DNA of 64,000 bases, taken from NCBI RefSeq assembly GCF_963921235.1, contig NC_086108.1, positions 98,086,001-98,150,000 on the forward strand, given 5' to 3'. Made by a program: the position numbers and the translations under genes. Below, one piece after another: positions 62,741 to 64,000 of this stretch. The stretch's first letter is position 1, and every line of letters starts with the position of its first letter. Origin of the DNA: Mobula hypostoma (lineage: Eukaryota). Below the pieces are notes generated by a model. The model ran no database searches and was not told the DNA's origin. It was given only the letters and a program-made list of their open reading frames with translations.

Positions 62741-64000
62741 TCGCAGCTCTTTATTTTTTTAATAGATATATTTTTAACTCAATAAAAAGATATGGAGTAC
62801 AGATGGGAAATTGGACAAATTGGATCAGATGGCGCTGTACTGAGTGGCGCAGTGAGTTCTAGGGATCTCAAGATCCATTCCATATGTGATCCAATGTGGT
62901 TACCAATTCTCACAGATCTCTACTGAGAATGTGGACGGTAGTGCTACTTATAAAATGGTTCCATTTACAAAAGGCAAGGCATTAGGCAATCTTTCCTCCA
63001 ATTTGTAATAACCCATGTGCCCAAAAATCTTGCGCTGTGCAATATTTTTGCCCACTGAATGGTTTCTTCAATAAGAGCAGTATAAATAAGCCAGTTCTAA
63101 AATCTGCAGGTAAATCATCGCAAACTCCACTGTGGAAGAAAATTAAATTTTGAATTAAATTTTGTTGCTAAGCTCGACTAGTTAAGTATTGCCCAAGACT
63201 TGGTTCATGAGGGTGACAGCGATAAGACACAGACTCTGTCTTGCTTGCGGTAGCTAATAATAGGTTACACCGATAATTAGTTATTGCTGACTTTTGTCTG
63301 AGAAGCAAAGTGACTTACAGCCTACCCATCTCATGCTAATAATGAGCTATTGCTAACCTTTGTCCGAGTCTATCTGGCTAATAGGGGGAGTGAATGTGGG
63401 GAGTGCAGTTCCAATTTTGTGTACCGTGTGGAAACATTAGTAGACTGGCTGATACCTAACAAGTGCTTTTTGAAATCACTGAACAAGATTGTTTAGCTGT
63501 TCACTATTGCCCAAGATTTACTGTATAAATTTAAGATGTAACCTGACATTAGTAGAGTCTTGAAATGGCACTCTGTGATCACCTATTAAAGGGTTAATCG
63601 TATACCATGTCTGTGTTTTTATTTGTTTGATAACAGGGTATAGTCTCTCAGAATAAATTGGTGACCAAATTCTCTTATAGTAAATTAGTGATGAAATTCT
63701 TCCATATCCACATTGTCAACACCATCTGCATCAGGAAATGTGATTGTGTACAATCGTGAAATATACTTAACATGCCAACAGGGTAGAGGGTGACAATCTT
63801 TTCTGCGCAGCTTAAATTTCTTTGTGTGTTAGTAGCAAAAGATGTGTGCACACACACATGGGCACAACTGAGAGGACACATTGATGTTAGGGATCTGGAA
63901 GGCCACTGACACACAAGAAACTGCAATCCAGAAAGAGCTCAGCAAGAGCTAACTCTGCCAATATTTCAGAAAGTAGTAAACTGGTTACATTACAATTACG

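Overview
Vertebrate genomic DNA. The repeat content (CR1 and Rex/Babar LINEs, V-SINEs, Penelope-type remnants) suggests a cartilaginous fish, probably a ray; this is inferred. Three protein genes lie in tandem on the minus strand. (1) LRRC8D, a single coding exon at 59555-62032, 825 aa. (2) An intact but divergent additional LRRC8/VRAC subunit with coding exons 36351-36488 and 30265-32586, 819 aa, and a probable CpG-island first exon near 39.9-40.2 kb. (3) The first five coding exons I could find of ZNF326, running from 19484 down to 999 and continuing past the window start. As I recall, LRRC8D is directly followed by ZNF326 in mammals, so the middle gene is a candidate extra LRRC8 paralogue. 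It combines LRRC8A-type pore residues (E6, T44 and an Arg at the R103-equivalent site) with an LRRC8C/E-type intron. The rest is transposon-rich: pogo, Tigger, Tc1, mariner and hAT elements, including a fold-back Tc1, a hAT-like element with a 6-bp TSD, and a minisatellite that turns into a higher-order repeat. A dispersed Penelope-type family carries minimal hammerhead-ribozyme motifs, three of them with an A6C core variant. All comparisons with other species come from memory; no searches were run.
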